A stretch of DNA of 64,000 bases from Nitrospirota bacterium (GTDB lineage: Bacteria > Nitrospirota > UBA9217), in contig CAWCKW010000006.1 in NCBI GenBank assembly GCA_963796285.1, positions 1 to 64,000 on the forward strand. Direction: 5' to 3'. How positions within the stretch are numbered: the stretch's first letter is position 1; the number at the start of each line of letters is the position of its first letter. The position numbers and the translations under genes were made by a program. Under the pieces are notes generated by a model. That model was not told the DNA's origin and did no database searches. It saw only the letters and a program-made list of their open reading frames with translations. Positions 23,630 through 36,198 of this stretch are shown piece after piece.

Positions 23630-25234
23630 ATGAAGAACACATTCCTCTGGGAAAAATACAAAAAATATCTCTGCGAGTGTCCGTCGACCGGCATGACGCT
23701 CGACATCAGCAGGATGAACTTTGCTGATGATTATCTCGTCACGCATGGAACCGGAAATCCAGAGGGCGTACGCGGCCATGGATGCCCTCGAAGCAGGGGC
23801 CATCGCCAACCCCGACGAGAACCGCATGGTCGGCCATTACTGGCTCAGGGCGCCGGGACTCGCTCCATCTCCGGAGATCAGGCAGGAGATCGAAGACACC
23901 CTCAAGGCGATCAAGGACTTCACGTTCATGGTGCACGCGGGAAAGATCTATCCCCGGAAGCGCGCCCGGTTCACGAATCTGCTGAGCATCGGGATAGGCG
24001 GCTCAGCCTTGGGACCGCAGTTCATCGCCGACGCGCTTGGAACAGCTGCCGATAACATGAGACCCCATTTCCTGGACAATACGGACCCGGACGGGATCAG
24101 CCGGGTACTTGCCGGGATCGGGAATGATCTCGCGGATACGCTCACCGTGGTGATCTCGAAGAGCGGAGGGACCGTGGAGACCAGGAACGGGATGCTTGAG
24201 GTTGCCGCTGCTTATCGAAAAGCCAATCTCTCATTTGAGCGACATGCCGTTGCAGTTACTGGGGTGGGGAGCAAGCTTGATGAAATAGCTAAAAAAGATT
24301 GCTGGATAGCTAGATTTCCGATGTGGGACTGGGTTGGTGGGAGAACATCAATAATGTCAGCAGTTGGGCTTTTACCAGCGTCACTACAAGGAATACATAT
24401 AGTTGAGTTGCTGAAAGGCGCTGCCCTATGTGATGAGCTCACACGACGAAAAGATACCCGCTCCAATCCGGCAGCGCTCCTGGCCCTTTCCTGGTATCAT
24501 GCAACAGGCGGCAGGGGACAGAAAGACATGGTGATCCTCCCCTATAAGGACAGGTTGATGCTCTTTCCGAAATATCTTCAGCAGCTTATTATGGAGTCGT
24601 TGGGCAAGGAAAAGGACCTGAACAACAAGGTGGTGAACCAGGGGATCGCCGTGTACGGCAATAAAGGCACCACGGACCAGCATGCCTATGTGCAGCAGCT
24701 GCGGGACGGGGTAAACAATTTTTTCGCCACCTTTATCGAAGTGCTCCACGACCTCGACGGCACTTCCCTGGAAGTCGAACCCGGCATCACGAGCGGAGAC
24801 TTTTTGAGCGCCTTTCTCCATGGGACGCGGAGCGCCCTCTATGAGAACAACCGCGAGTCGATCACCATCTCTATCGATAAGCTTGATGCGCGGTCCATCG
24901 GCGCGCTTATCGCTTTGTATGAACGGGCGGTTGGCTTCTACGCCACGCTGGTCAATATCAACGCCTACCACCAGCCCGGGGTCGAGGCGGGGAAGAAAAT
25001 GGCCGAAGCGGTCATCACACTGCAGCGCGAAGTCTTCTCCTATCTGCGCAAGAACCCCGGGGCATCCTTCACCGCAGACGAGATCGCAAACGCGCTCAGC
25101 ATGGTAGAGAACGCCGAGTCAGTGTTCAAGATCCTTGAGCACGCTAGCGGCAATCCGGACCACCGGATCATAAAGACCCCGGGGACCCGGGCCGTTGAAT
25201 CGAAGTATGCAGCAGCCGAGATCCTGGTGCGTAA
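23630..25234 (+). CDS. pgi: Glucose-6-phosphate isomerase (frameshift near 23740; 3' end approximate)
   Basis: Motifs [35 protein letters not shown] and QPGVEAGK. The track ORF runs on into the antisense of the next gene, probably through a second indel. Confidence 0.93.
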
Positions 25235-25352
25235 CACCTTAATCCAGAGAAACGGCTTAATCTTGCCACATGGACAACAGTCGCGGTTAGTTGGACATTC
25301 GCATGCTCTTCGTGCAACATGCCTCTTTACAGCGGGACATTCCGGCATTCAG

Positions 25353-26490
25353 CTAGGCGAGGTGGTCCAGCATTTTAAAGAAGGTGATTATCTCTTCCTC
25401 GGTATTATAAAAATGCGGCGATACGCGGATACCGCCGCCCCGGGCATTGACCATGATCCTCTTTTCCCGCAGCGCATCCCTCATCTCGGCAGGATCAAAA
25501 TTGCCCGAAACCGTGATGTTCCCGCCACGCTCATGCCGCGCACCGGGGGTCAGGCCACGATAGCCTCTTTTCTCCGCTTCCCGCAGGATCAGATCGCCGA
25601 GGTCGAGTACACGCTGTTCGATCTGTTCGATGCCGACCTCGAACAGGAGATCAAGTGCCGCGCCAAGCCCGAAAATGCCCAATAAGGTTCATCGAGCCTT
25701 CCTCGAATCGCAGGCAATTGGTTTTCAGAAGAAAGTCAGGGCGATCGAACGCTAATTCATTCCGAACGCTTTTCCATCCAATGAGGGGAGGGGAGAGCCG
25801 CTCAGCAAGGCCGTTGCTGCAATAGAATATCCCGATACCCTCGGGACCGAGGAGCCACTTGTGCGCGTCGGCCGAAAGAAAGTCGATATGAAAGGCCTTG
25901 ACATCCATCGGGACCATGCCGAGACTCTGGATGGCATCAACGCAGAGCAGGACCTGTTTATCCCGGCACAGTGAGCCAACCTTTTCTAAATCAATCCTGA
26001 AACCGTTCGAGAATTGAACAGAACTGATGGCAAGCAGCCGCGTCCGTGAATTTATGAGCCGCGAAATGTCGTCGAGGAGAATCCTGCCGTCCCGTGAAGG
26101 GATGGTGCGGACTTCTACACCTTTACTCGTGAGATTCAACCAGGGATAGATATTGGAAGGAAACTCTTTTTCATAGATAAGAACATTGTCACCAGGCCTC
26201 CAGTCAAGACCCTGTGCAACGATCGACAGTCCGTGAGACGTGCTCTTTACAAAGGCGATCTCATCCGGACATGCGTTGATGAGTTGCGCACAGGCCCTTC
26301 TGATCTCAACGATCCGTTCCGCCCACACGGGATAATGAAAAGACCCGCCTTCAGCCGACTCGGCAAGAAACATTTCGACCGCGGTCTTGACCCTGAGCGA
26401 TATCGGCGCCACGCCCGCATGGTCAAGATAGATGTAGTTCCCGGAAACGGGAAATTCTCGCCGGTATGTCTCGAAATAGTTGTTATCCAT
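25353..26490 (-). CDS. Class V PLP aminotransferase / cysteine desulfurase-like protein (frameshift near 25680)
   Basis: Motifs [27 protein letters not shown] and RFEEG; C-terminal IRVSPHFYN. Confidence 0.88.
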
Positions 26491-26764
26491 TGTCCCTGAG
26501 GTACTCTTCCTTTTTTTTCCGTGATAATCGCTTCATGGCATATTCTTTTTTCAGGGCCTGTGAGCGGCTGCGGCAAGGCTCGCTGAAGATAAGCATCACC
26601 GGAAGCCGGCTTCGGGTATAGCGCGAGGCTGTGCCGCTGTTGTGCTGCTGGACGCGGCGCGATACGTCAAGGGTAATGCCGGTGTACAGCGTGTTGTCCC
26701 TGCATTTCAGAACATAGAGCAGCCAGGCAGCTGCTTTCTTCCTTCTTTTCTTCGCAGGGGGCAT
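26483..26764 (-). CDS. GIY-YIG nuclease family protein (UPF0213-like)
   Basis: LYVLKCRDNTLYTGIT..RRVQQHNSG..YTR..ALKKE. Confidence 0.9.
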   Translation of the reverse strand: MPPAKKRRKKAAAWLLYVLKCRDNTLYTGITLDVSRRVQQHNSGTASRYTRSRLPVMLIFSEPCRSRSQALKKEYAMKRLSRKKKEEYLRDNG

Positions 26765-26878
26765 CGTCTGTAGATTGTAACCGAGACAGGTGCCTTAATC
26801 AAGCCTATTTACCGGCATTCAGATGCTTGCCTGCCCCGGTTGCTTTCATTCAGGCCGCTGTGTTATAGTGTTTTTCCC

Positions 26879-29800
26879 ATGCAGACCCTGCACGATATTA
26901 TCCAGCCTGTGCTCAGTACTATCCAGGCCGGACAAAAGACCGTCGAAGTGAGCGAACTCTGGGGGGCCTCGAAGGCCTTTTTTTTGTTCAGCCTGAGCAC
27001 TGAAGCTCGTTGTCCGGTCATTGTCGTCACTGCGAGCGAGGAAGAGGCGGAAGCGCTCGCGGAGGACCTGAGTTTTTTCGACCACGCGATGCCCCGGGAC
27101 CAGGCAGGGGAGCACACGGCGACGATCCGCGCCTTTCCCGCCTGGGGCGTGCTTCCCTTTGAGGCGGACTCACCCGACAGCCGCACCGTGGGGGAGCGCA
27201 TGCGCTTTCTGTACCAGTTGGTCTCCGGTATGCCTGGTATCTACCTCGTGCCTGCGCAGTCCCTGACGCAGAAGCTCCCGCCGTGGGCGCTTTTTGTGGA
27301 TTCCATAAAAACCATAACCGTTGAAACACAGATCGATCCCGACCGTTTAACCGCCGCTCTCGTTGCCGCGGGTTACGAATCAGCGTCACTGGTCACGCGC
27401 GTAGGCGAGTTCAGCCGGCGGGGAGGGATCATCGATTTTTTCTCACCGCTCCACGAAAACCCGGTCCGCATGGAATTCTTCGGCGACACCATCGAGTCTT
27501 TGCGAGAGTTTGATCCCGAGACCCAGCGGTCCACCGCGGAGATCAGGGAGGCGGTAGTGTTGCCGGTGCGGGAGGTCATGATCAATGACAAGGGGATCGA
27601 ACGGTTCAAAAAACGGTTTCCCGTAACTTCGGATGCAAACGGTTTATCAACGCAGAACACCATCGATCAGATACAGCAGGGCGTCCTCCCGCCCGGCGGC
27701 GAGTTCCTTGCCCCGTTCTTCTACGAGATGGAGAGCCTGTTCCACTATTTGCCCCAAAACAGTCTCTTCGCCCTCATCGAGCCCGATGATCTGAAAAAAG
27801 ATCTCGAAGAGCAGGGCCGGAAGAGGGAAGAGGGCAGACGAGAAGAGGTCGAGGAAGGGAGAACGCTGCCGGAGGTCGCTGAGCTGTATCTGGATCAAAA
27901 GGGGGTAGAGGCCGGGCTTTCAAACTTCCCCGTCCTCAATCTGCGTTTGCTCGGCACGGGCGAGGGCTTTCGCATGGACACGAAATCTTCGTCCTGGCTG
28001 AGCGTCCGTCTCACAAAGCCGGTCGAGCGTGAACAACGCGAGCAGGAACAAAGGCCCGTTGAAGGTACGATGGCCGGGCTCGTGGAAAAACTGAAACGGC
28101 TGAGAGAGTCCAACCGTGTCGCGATCGTATGCGGCACTGACGAGGCCGCCGCAGCGGCTCAAAAAACTTTTCATGGAATACGGCCTCGGAGTGGTCATCG
28201 GCCCGTCGGTCGCACCGCAGGAGCAAGGGCCCTGGCCGGTCATGGCACTGATCGGCAGGCTCTCGGAAGGGTTTGCCTGGCAGGAGCTGGGCCTCGCCTT
28301 CATCACGGAAGAAGAGATCTTCGGCAGGAAAGTACACCGCCCCTCAGCCCCGAAATCCAAGGTCGCTCCGTTCCTCTCGACGTTCAAGGAGCTCAAGCCC
28401 GGCGACTTCGTGGTCCACGCAGACTACGGCGTCGGCGAATACCAGGGCCTGACGCACATCAGCGTGGACGGGTTCGAGACTGACTTCCTCACGCTCCGCT
28501 ATGAACCGGACGCGAAATTATATGTTCCGCTCTACAGCCTGGACAAGGTCCAGAAGTATATCGGCGTCGAGGGCTCGGCCCCGAAGCTCGACAAGCTCGG
28601 CGCTCCCGCATGGGCACGGACAAAAGAAAAGGCGCGGAAGGACATCCTCGAGATGGCGCAGCAGCTTGTGGCCGTCTATGCCGCCCGCGAGGCCATGCAG
28701 CGTCCATCCTTCTCGCCGCCGGACAACCTCTACCGCGAGTTCGAGTCCGCGTTCCCCTATGAGGAGACGCCGGACCAGCAGAAGGCGATCGAGGACGTGC
28801 TCGCGGACCTGCAGCGGCCGCGGCCCATGGACCGGGTCGTGTGCGGCGACGTGGGGTACGGAAAGACCGAGGTCGCGCTCCGGGCCGCGTTCAAGGCCGT
28901 GGAGGACGGGTACCAGGCAGCGGTGCTCGTGCCCACGACGCTGCTTGCGGACCAGCACTTCCGCACCTTCTCCCAGCGGCTAGCGCCATTCTCGGTCAGC
29001 GTGGACATGCTCTCCCGCTACCGGACGAAAGCGGAACAGAAGGGAACACTCAAGGGCTTAAAAAGCGGCACTGTGGACATGGTGATCGGCACGCACCGCC
29101 TGCTCCAGAAGGACATTGCTTTCAAGAACCTCGGCCTGCTCGTCGTGGATGAAGAGCACAAGTTCGGCGTGAAGCACAAGGAGCGCATAAAGGAATTCAA
29201 GAAGCTCGTGGACGTGCTTACGCTCACTGCCACGCCGATCCCGCGCACGCTCCACATGTCGCTTGCCGGCATCCGCGATCTCTCGATCATCCAGACCCCG
29301 CCCCTCGACCGCCAGGCCATCCAGGTGGTGCTCGCCCGATTCGGCAAGCGCGTGATCCGCGAGGCGATCACCCACGAACTGGAACGCGGAGGGCAGGTGT
29401 TCTTCGTGCACAACCGGGTCCAGGGCATCGAGCGCATGGCCGACTTCATCCGGAACCTGGTGCCCGGGGCCAGGGTCGGCATCGCCCACGGCCAGCTCAA
29501 GGAGAACGAGATCGAGGACGTCATGACGAAGTTCCTTGCCGGGGACCTGAACGTGCTGGTCACCACGACGATCATCGAATCCGGCATCGACATCCCGACC
29601 GCCAACACGATCATCATCAACCGCGCGGACCGCTTTGGCCTGGCGGACCTGTACCAGATCAAGGGCAGGGTCGGCCGGAGCAGGGACAAGGCCTATGCCT
29701 ATCTGCTTGCCCCGGCGGACGAAGCGCTCTCCGATGTGGCGCGCAAGCGGCTCCGCGCGATCCAGGAGCTGTCCGAGCTCGGGGCCGGGTTCCGCATTGC

Positions 29801-30380
29801 AGCGCAGGACCTCGAGACGCGCGGCGCCGGCAATCTGCTCGGCAGACAACAGTCCGGCCATATCGCTGCCGTGGGCATCGACCTTTACACCCAGATGATG
29901 GAAGAAGCCATGGCTGAGCTGCGCGGCGAAGCGGTTTCAGAAGATCCGGACACGATCATCACGATGCGGGCGTCGGCCTTTATCCCGGAGGACTACATCC
30001 GCGACGTGAGCCTGCGTCTCGCGGCGTACAAGGAGATCTCGAGCGTGATCAACGAAGCGGAATTAAGGGACCTCGCTGAAGATCTTCGCGACCGCTACGG
30101 CGTACTGCCCGAACCGGCAGCGAACCTTCTTGAGATCATGGGCGTCAAGCTCATTGCTAAACAGGCGCATGTTGCGCGTATCGACGCCGGCAGGGAGCTC
30201 GTGACCATCACGTTTGCTGAAAACGCAGGCATTTCGCCGGACCGGGTCATGACACTCCTCAAGAGGAACAAGGGACGGATCAGGCTCGTTCCGGAATATA
30301 CGCTCCAGATCCAGTTACCCGACGAATCTCTCCGAACAGCGTCTGAAGCGGTGAAAAAGTGCTTGCAGGAACTATTGTAG
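26879..30380 (+). CDS. mfd: Transcription-repair coupling factor (frameshift near 28150)
   Basis: UvrB-homology GEFSRRGGIID, RID domain VVHADYGVG, GDVGYGKTE, DEEH, TATPIPRTL and the TRCF C-terminus. Confidence 0.96.
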
Positions 30381-30577
30381 TGTGTTATAAGAAAGAGCGT
30401 TTCGTTTAACAGAGACAGGCTGTTCCTGGGACGTAAATTTCCGTAGAGAGCACCGTCCTGACGATGATCGGTGAGCGTGGTTATGAGACACAATCCCCAA
30501 GGAATCCTCTACCCACCCGCAGGAATCAGCGGCTTTCGCTAAACAGAGCAAATTCACTTACCGGAGGAAATCATTTC

Positions 30578-31279
30578 ATGAAGAAGTTCAGCTCGGCACT
30601 CACATTAGTTGTCCTGGCGCTCGCGATCGCGATGTCCGGATGCACCAAGGGCCAGGACGGCGCGGTTCTGGCCAAGGTGAACCGCGGCACCATCACCGCG
30701 TCTGATTTCAAAAAACAGATCGAGGAGCTGGCGCCCCAGATGCAGCAGGCCGTGGTGGCCGACCCCAAGGCGCGCAAGGAATTCCTCGATGACCTGATCG
30801 GGATCGAGCTGGTGATCCAGGAAGCGAAGCGGCAGGGGTTGGACAAGGACGCGGACTATAAAAAGCGGCAGGAACAGCTCAAGAAGGAGCTGGAGCGCCG
30901 GATCCAGGAGGAAGCGAAGAACGATCTCTTTAACAGCCTGTTGAAGAAGGAGCTGGGCGACAAAATGAGCAAGGTGGTGCCGCCCACGGACAACGAAGTG
31001 CGGGATTACTACAACCAGAACAAGGACAAAATCAGCAAGGCAGCGGGAAAGCAGATCAGCCTCCAGGAGATCGCGCCACAGCTCAAGATGAGGATGACGC
31101 AGGAAAAGCGGCGTGACCTCTACCTTGAGTACGCCAAGGTACTCAGGGCCAAGGCCAAGATCTCGGTGGACGACAAGGCACTGGATACCGCAATGGCCGA
31201 ATTTACCAAGCCCGTGGACCTGTCCGGCCTCACGGTGACGAAGTCCCCGGCAGCGGGAAAAGAAGAGACACATAAATAG
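30578..31279 (+). CDS. SurA/PrsA N-terminal-like lipoprotein chaperone
   Basis: Lipobox MSGC, LAKVNRGTIT and LVIQEAKRQGLD. GGAGG SD. Confidence 0.75.
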   Translation: MKKFSSALTLVVLALAIAMSGCTKGQDGAVLAKVNRGTITASDFKKQIEELAPQMQQAVVADPKARKEFLDDLIGIELVIQEAKRQGLDKDADYKKRQEQLKKELERRIQEEAKNDLFNSLLKKELGDKMSKVVPPTDNEVRDYYNQNKDKISKAAGKQISLQEIAPQLKMRMTQEKRRDLYLEYAKVLRAKAKISVDDKALDTAMAEFTKPVDLSGLTVTKSPAAGKEETHK

Positions 31280-31306
31280 CGGCTACGATGAATATTCACG
31301 CGTCTC

Positions 31307-32313
31307 ATGAATTATCTGGCCCCGGTGCTGCTGCTGGGGCTTCTCTTTTTTTCCTGCACGAAAAAGAGCGAGGAGCAACCCCGGGGCACTGCGGCTACAG
31401 TCTCAGCCGACAGCAGGGTCGTGGCAACAGTGAACGGGGACCCCATCACACTCGCCGAGTTTCAGGAACGGTTCGGACGTACCGGTATCAAGCCCGAGCG
31501 CGATGCCGAGCTCGAGATCAAGGCGGAGTTCCTCAACCGGCTTATCGAACGCAAGATGATGCTGGGCGAGGCCCAGCGGAAGCGGATCAAAGTCGGGCTG
31601 CCCGAGATCGACAAAAAAATGGAAGGGCTTCGCGTGGAGTATGGAAAAGACGTTAAGGACGTACTTGCGAGCCAGGGCATTGACTTTGAAAAGTGGAAAT
31701 CCGACCTCTGGGAAGATATGATGATCGATCGGCTGGTCGCACGCGAGGTGAACCGGCATATAACCGTGGCGTCGTCCGACGTGCGGCGGTACTACCAGGC
31801 GAATGCCCAGGAATTTGAGAAGCCCGAGCAGGTCCGGGTACGGCAGATCGTGGTAGCCACCGAGCAGGAGGCCCGCAAGATGCTGGATCTCCTGCAGGCA
31901 GGGACCGACTTCTCCACGTTGGCGCGCGAGAAATCAACGGCGCCCGAGGCCGAGCACGGCGGCGATCTGGGCTACTTTGCCATGGGCGAAATGCCGGCGG
32001 AGTTCAACGTGGTCTTCGGAATGCCCATAGGCGGCATCAGCGGGATCGTGAAGAGCCCGTATGGGTTCCACATCTTCAAACTTGAAGACGAAGCGGCGTG
32101 CGGGCAGGGTCGGCCTTGACGAAGTTCTCGAAGGAGATAGCCGAGAAGCTGCGACGGAAAAAAGAGGACCAACGGTACAAACAATGGCTCACGGAGCTCC
32201 GCTCGCGGACGAAGTTTGAGGTGAATTACCAGGCGCTTGAGCAGCGAGCCCCGTTAGAGGGGACAGGAGAGCACGCTGATTTGGTCTCTCGATCCGCAGC
32301 CACTCCGCGTTAA
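31307..32313 (+). CDS. PpiC-type peptidyl-prolyl isomerase / foldase (indels near 32090-32130)
   Basis: Lipobox FSC, VATVNG, and parvulin motifs FSTLAREKS, GGDLG and SPYGFHI. Confidence 0.85.
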
Positions 32314-32555
32314 CCTGAAAAAAGCATTTCGGCGGATGAAAATCAAAGAAAAGTTCAATTCGACAGGTCAACAACAATCCAAAGAAAAATCCGGTGTCGT
32401 CCGGTCCTTATCCGATTTAATCAGTGTCAAAATACTTTTTTCAGGTTTTTAAAAGTGACGCGTCTGAAGCGATAAGCCGCAGAAACGGTTGTTATCGGGA
32501 TGAACGCACGGCAGGATCGGCTTTCTCTGACGGCAAGAGCAGGAGCGTCCCGCGG

Positions 32556-33567
32556 TCATTCGTCAATATCCAGTTTTGTCTTGAACCGTTCCGATCCGGC
32601 GTTGATGCTTTCGAGCACATCACGCGCTGCCTGGCCGGTCAGCACACGCGGCCGGTACTGCACCCGGTAGTTGTTCACATCCAGCGGCACGGCTTCTACC
32701 CTCGCAAGGCTCTTGCCCTGAAACGTCAAAAGGAGTATCATGCTGGTGTTCGTGCGGTTGCTCTCTGACCCGAATACGAAGTTGCCGAGACTGTAGGCGA
32801 TGAGTCGGCCTTGGTACACCTCGAGCTCCTGCAGCACATGCGGATGGTGTCCGAGCACGAGGTCAGCGCCCCAGTCAATGGCCTTGCGGCCCAGCTCGAC
32901 CTGGTAGTCCTTGGCAGCGGTCATGAGTTCCGCTCCCCAGTGGAATGAGACCACGACCAGGTCCGCCGTGGGCCGTGCCTTTTCAATGTCGGACTTTCAC
33001 AAATTCCGCATACCCCGGCGCAGTGCCGGGCCTGCTTGCTGATGCGAAGAATTCGAGCGGAAAGGTGAGGGAATACGAGAGGAAGGCGATCGTCTTCCCC
33101 TTGATCTTCAGGACCGCCGGTGTGCGGGCGTCATCGAGGTCCATGCCTGCGCCGGTGTAGAGGATCTCGTGCTGGTCAAGGACCCCGAGGGTGTCTTTGA
33201 GCGCCAGCGGGCCGAAGTCCATCGAATGATTGTTCGCGAGCGAGACCACTCGGATGCCGGCATTCTTCAGCGCCAGTGCGGCGATCGGTCCGGCTCGGAG
33301 CGTGAACTTCTTGTTCTCCACAGCGGTGCCGCGGGTGGAGATCGAAGACTCAAGGTTGCCCACCACCACGTCTGCCCGGGAGAGAAACGGCATCACGTCG
33401 GTGAAAGGGTAGTCCGGGCCGAACTCCTTGAGAAATGGCTCGACCCTTCCGCCGAGCATCAGGTCGCCGACCGCGGCGATGGTGATCTCGTCCTGCACCG
33501 ACTGGTCAGCAGCAGCGGGGGAGACAACGGCAAGAAGAAGAGTGAACGTGACAACGAATATTTTCAT
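32556..33567 (-). CDS. CapA family metallophosphatase-fold protein (frameshift near 32990)
   Basis: Motifs VGDLML, NLE, LANNHSMDFG, HWG, GHHPHV and YSLGNF. Confidence 0.9.
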
Positions 33568-33649
33568 AACAGGTGATGTGGATATTAATCAACTCGCCGC
33601 CAAAAGGCAACAGGAAAAGGCGGTAAAACTAAGAGCACGGAGTGGGGCC

Positions 33650-34589
33650 ATGAAGAAATATTTAGTGACATTCATTACTATGATCGGCATTCTTCTCACG
33701 AACACCATGCCGGGCATCGCGAGCGGTTCGGTGGTCGTGGACCGGGTGGTCGCGGTGGTGAACAACGAGGTCATCACCCTGAGCGACCTTCAGCGCGAGG
33801 AGGCCTTGAAGAAACGCGACACGGTGCACGACGACCGGCTGGTCCTCGAGGACATGATCGATCGAAAGCTCCAGATGGCTGCCGCGAAGCGCGAGGGCGT
33901 GGATGTGACGGATAAAGAGCTTGAAGACGCCGTTGCCGATATCATGAAACGGAACAGCATGGACATGATGCAATTCAGCGCTGGCGCTGGCCAAGGAGGG
34001 GCTCACCCTCGAACAATACAAGGCAGAGCTCCGGGAGCAGATCACGCTTTCGCGCCTGTTCAATAAATACGTTCGCTCCAGCGTGAACGTGGACGAGGCG
34101 GAGGCCCGTGCGTTTTATCGGAACAACCCGAAAACGTTCTCCCTGCCTGAGGAGATCCGGGTGCGGCGGATCTTCCTGGCAGTGCCGGAGCAAGCTTCGC
34201 CTGACCAGGCCGCGGCAATCAAGGAAAAAGCGCAGTCCGTGTATGCACGCGTGCAAAAAGGCGAGGATTTCATTCATCTCGTCCGCGAGGCCTCGCAGGG
34301 CGAGACTGCTTCACAGGACGGCGATCTGGGGTTCATGCAGCGGGAGGACGCCCTTCCCGAGATCGTGGAGGCGGCTCGCGCGCTCAAGCCGGGTGAAAGT
34401 TCAAGCCCGTTTCGTTGCGCCGGCGGCTACAATATCATCAAACTTGAAGAGGTGAGAACGCCGGTCAAGCCTTTTGAAAAGGTGAAGGACGAGATCATGA
34501 AGACCCTCTACGAACAGAAATTGGAGAATACCTACCGAATCTGGCTCCAGGCGCTCCGGGGCGATTCGCATATCGAGAACCGATTGTAA
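33650..34589 (+). CDS. SurA-like chaperone/PPIase (frameshift near 33985)
   Basis: Signal peptide, VDRVVAVVNNEVITLS and a parvulin domain with GDLGF. Confidence 0.85.
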
Positions 34590-34698
34590 GCAAGCCGCAA
34601 AGGGCTGAGAGCATGGCGCAGAGCGTCTGGTGTAACTAATTCTGTTTTGCTGTCGCTCCGTGAGTTGTGCTCTCTGCCCTTTGCGCTCTGCGCGATGC
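34590..34698. repeat. Inverted pair of heptamer arrays at the surA-like/rlmI junction
   Basis: GCAAAGG GCTGAGA GCATGGC GCAGAGC ... TCTCTGC CCTTTGC GCTCTGC GCGATGC. Confidence 0.8.
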
Positions 34699-34709
34699 TT
34701 CTCCCCATC

Positions 34710-35873
34710 ATGAAAACCGTAAAACTCAAAAAAAAAGAAGAACGCCGCATCCTGCGCGGACACCCCTGGGTGTTCAGCAACGAGCTCGATCGTTCTCCCG
34801 CTGAATGCACACCCGGCGAGATCGTCGATGTGTTGGACAACACGGGAAGGTTCATCGGCCGCGGCACAATAAATCCGCACTCCCTTATTGCAGTGCGCCT
34901 CCTCACGAGAAAACCGGAAGAGATCAACAGAGATTTTTTCAGAAAGCGGATCGCTGCTGCCCGCAGCCTTCGGACCATGCTCGGATTCGGCGATTCCTTT
35001 CGCGCTATCTTCAGCGAAGGAGATAATCTGCCGGGGCTCATTGTCGATAAATATGCTGACACGCTGGTGGTCCAGTCCTCGACCGCGGGGATCGACGGGA
35101 TGCTGAACGAGATCCTCGCCGCGCTGCAGGAAGAATACGCGCCGACGGCTATCGTGCTCAGGAACGACACGGCCTCGCGTGAGATCGAAGGCCTTGCCCG
35201 GGAAACGCGGGTGGTGCACGGAGCAATTTCCGGGCCGGTGACGTTCGAGGAGTCCGGCATAAAATACCGCGCTGACGTTCTCGAAGGACAGAAGACAGGG
35301 TTCTTTTTCGACCAGCGCGAGAACCGGCTGGCGCTCAAAGAGTATGTGCCGGGCAGGCGTACGCTCGACTGCTTCTGCTACGTGGGCGCCTGGGCGCTTT
35401 CGGCAGCGCGTTTCGGCGCAGCGGAGGTCATCGGCCTTGACTCATCGGAGAAGGCGATCGCATTGGCCACAGAAAACGCCGCATTGAACGGTCTTGCGGC
35501 GCAGTTTAAGAAGGCCGATGTTTTCGAGGAGCTCCGCGTCCTGGAAAAACAGCGGGAACGCTTCGGCTGCATCATCCTCGATCCGCCCGCGTTCGTAAAG
35601 AGCAGGGCAAAGGTGCGCGAAGCGTTAAAGGGCTACAAGGAGATCAACCTGCGCGCCATGAAACTGCTCGAGCCGGGCGGCGTGCTCGTGACCTGCTCCT
35701 GCTCCCATCATATCGATCAGGAACTGTTCCGGGAAATGCTGATCGACGCGGCATACTCAGCCGGTCGGCAGGCAAGGCTCCTGGAAATGCGCTCCCAGGC
35801 CAGGGACCATCCGGCCCTGCTCGCGGCCCGGGAAACGCAGTATCTGAAATGCGCGATTTTGAAAATGGATTGA
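34710..35873 (+). CDS. rlmI: RlmI-like class I SAM-dependent rRNA methyltransferase
   Basis: Motifs GHPWVFSNE, SEGDNLPGLIVD, GQKTGFFFDQRENR, LDPPAF and CSCS. Confidence 0.88.
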   Translation: MKTVKLKKKEERRILRGHPWVFSNELDRSPAECTPGEIVDVLDNTGRFIGRGTINPHSLIAVRLLTRKPEEINRDFFRKRIAAARSLRTMLGFGDSFRAIFSEGDNLPGLIVDKYADTLVVQSSTAGIDGMLNEILAALQEEYAPTAIVLRNDTASREIEGLARETRVVHGAISGPVTFEESGIKYRADVLEGQKTGFFFDQRENRLALKEYVPGRRTLDCFCYVGAWALSAARFGAAEVIGLDSSEKAIALATENAALNGLAAQFKKADVFEELRVLEKQRERFGCIILDPPAFVKSRAKVREALKGYKEINLRAMKLLEPGGVLVTCSCSHHIDQELFREMLIDAAYSAGRQARLLEMRSQARDHPALLAARETQYLKCAILKMD

Positions 35874-35906
35874 ATCAAATTCACCACACAATGGAATAGA
35901 ATTTTT

Positions 35907-36008
35907 ACCGCGAAGACGCGATGAACGCGAAGGCAGTCAACACCAACGGGATTTTAGCCTTCATTCAGACCTGTAAGAAATTCTTCGCGACCTTTGCGCC
36001 ATGGCGGT
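35907..36008. repeat. Inverted array pair after rlmI
   Basis: ACCGCGAAGACGCGATGAACGCGAAG ... CTTCGCGACCTTTGCGCCATGGCGGT. Confidence 0.75.
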
Positions 36009-36111
36009 TACTAAGGTTTTTATTCCGGACTTGTTCGCTCGGATTAGGTCTGTAGAGAAGAGATTTAGCTTGACGAACCAGCGTTCCCTGTGTTAAAAAG
36101 TATCCGTTCCC

Positions 36112-36186
36112 GGGCGATTAGCTCAGCGGGAGAGCACTGCCTTCACACGGCAGGGGTCGCAGGTTCAAACCCTGCATCGCCCACCA
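36112..36186 (+). tRNA. tRNA-Val(CAC)
   Basis: Cloverleaf GGGCGAT...ATCGCCC-A-CCA; anticodon arm CTGCC-TTCACAC-GGCAG; T-loop GTTCAAA. Confidence 0.97.
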
Positions 36187-36198
36187 TGACCTTTCAAG

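Noticed and set aside
25235-25685. Apparent ~150-aa C-terminal extension of Pgi
   Set aside because: It overlaps the convergent aminotransferase in antisense. A one-base correction gives a stop near 25234, consistent with normal Pgi length.
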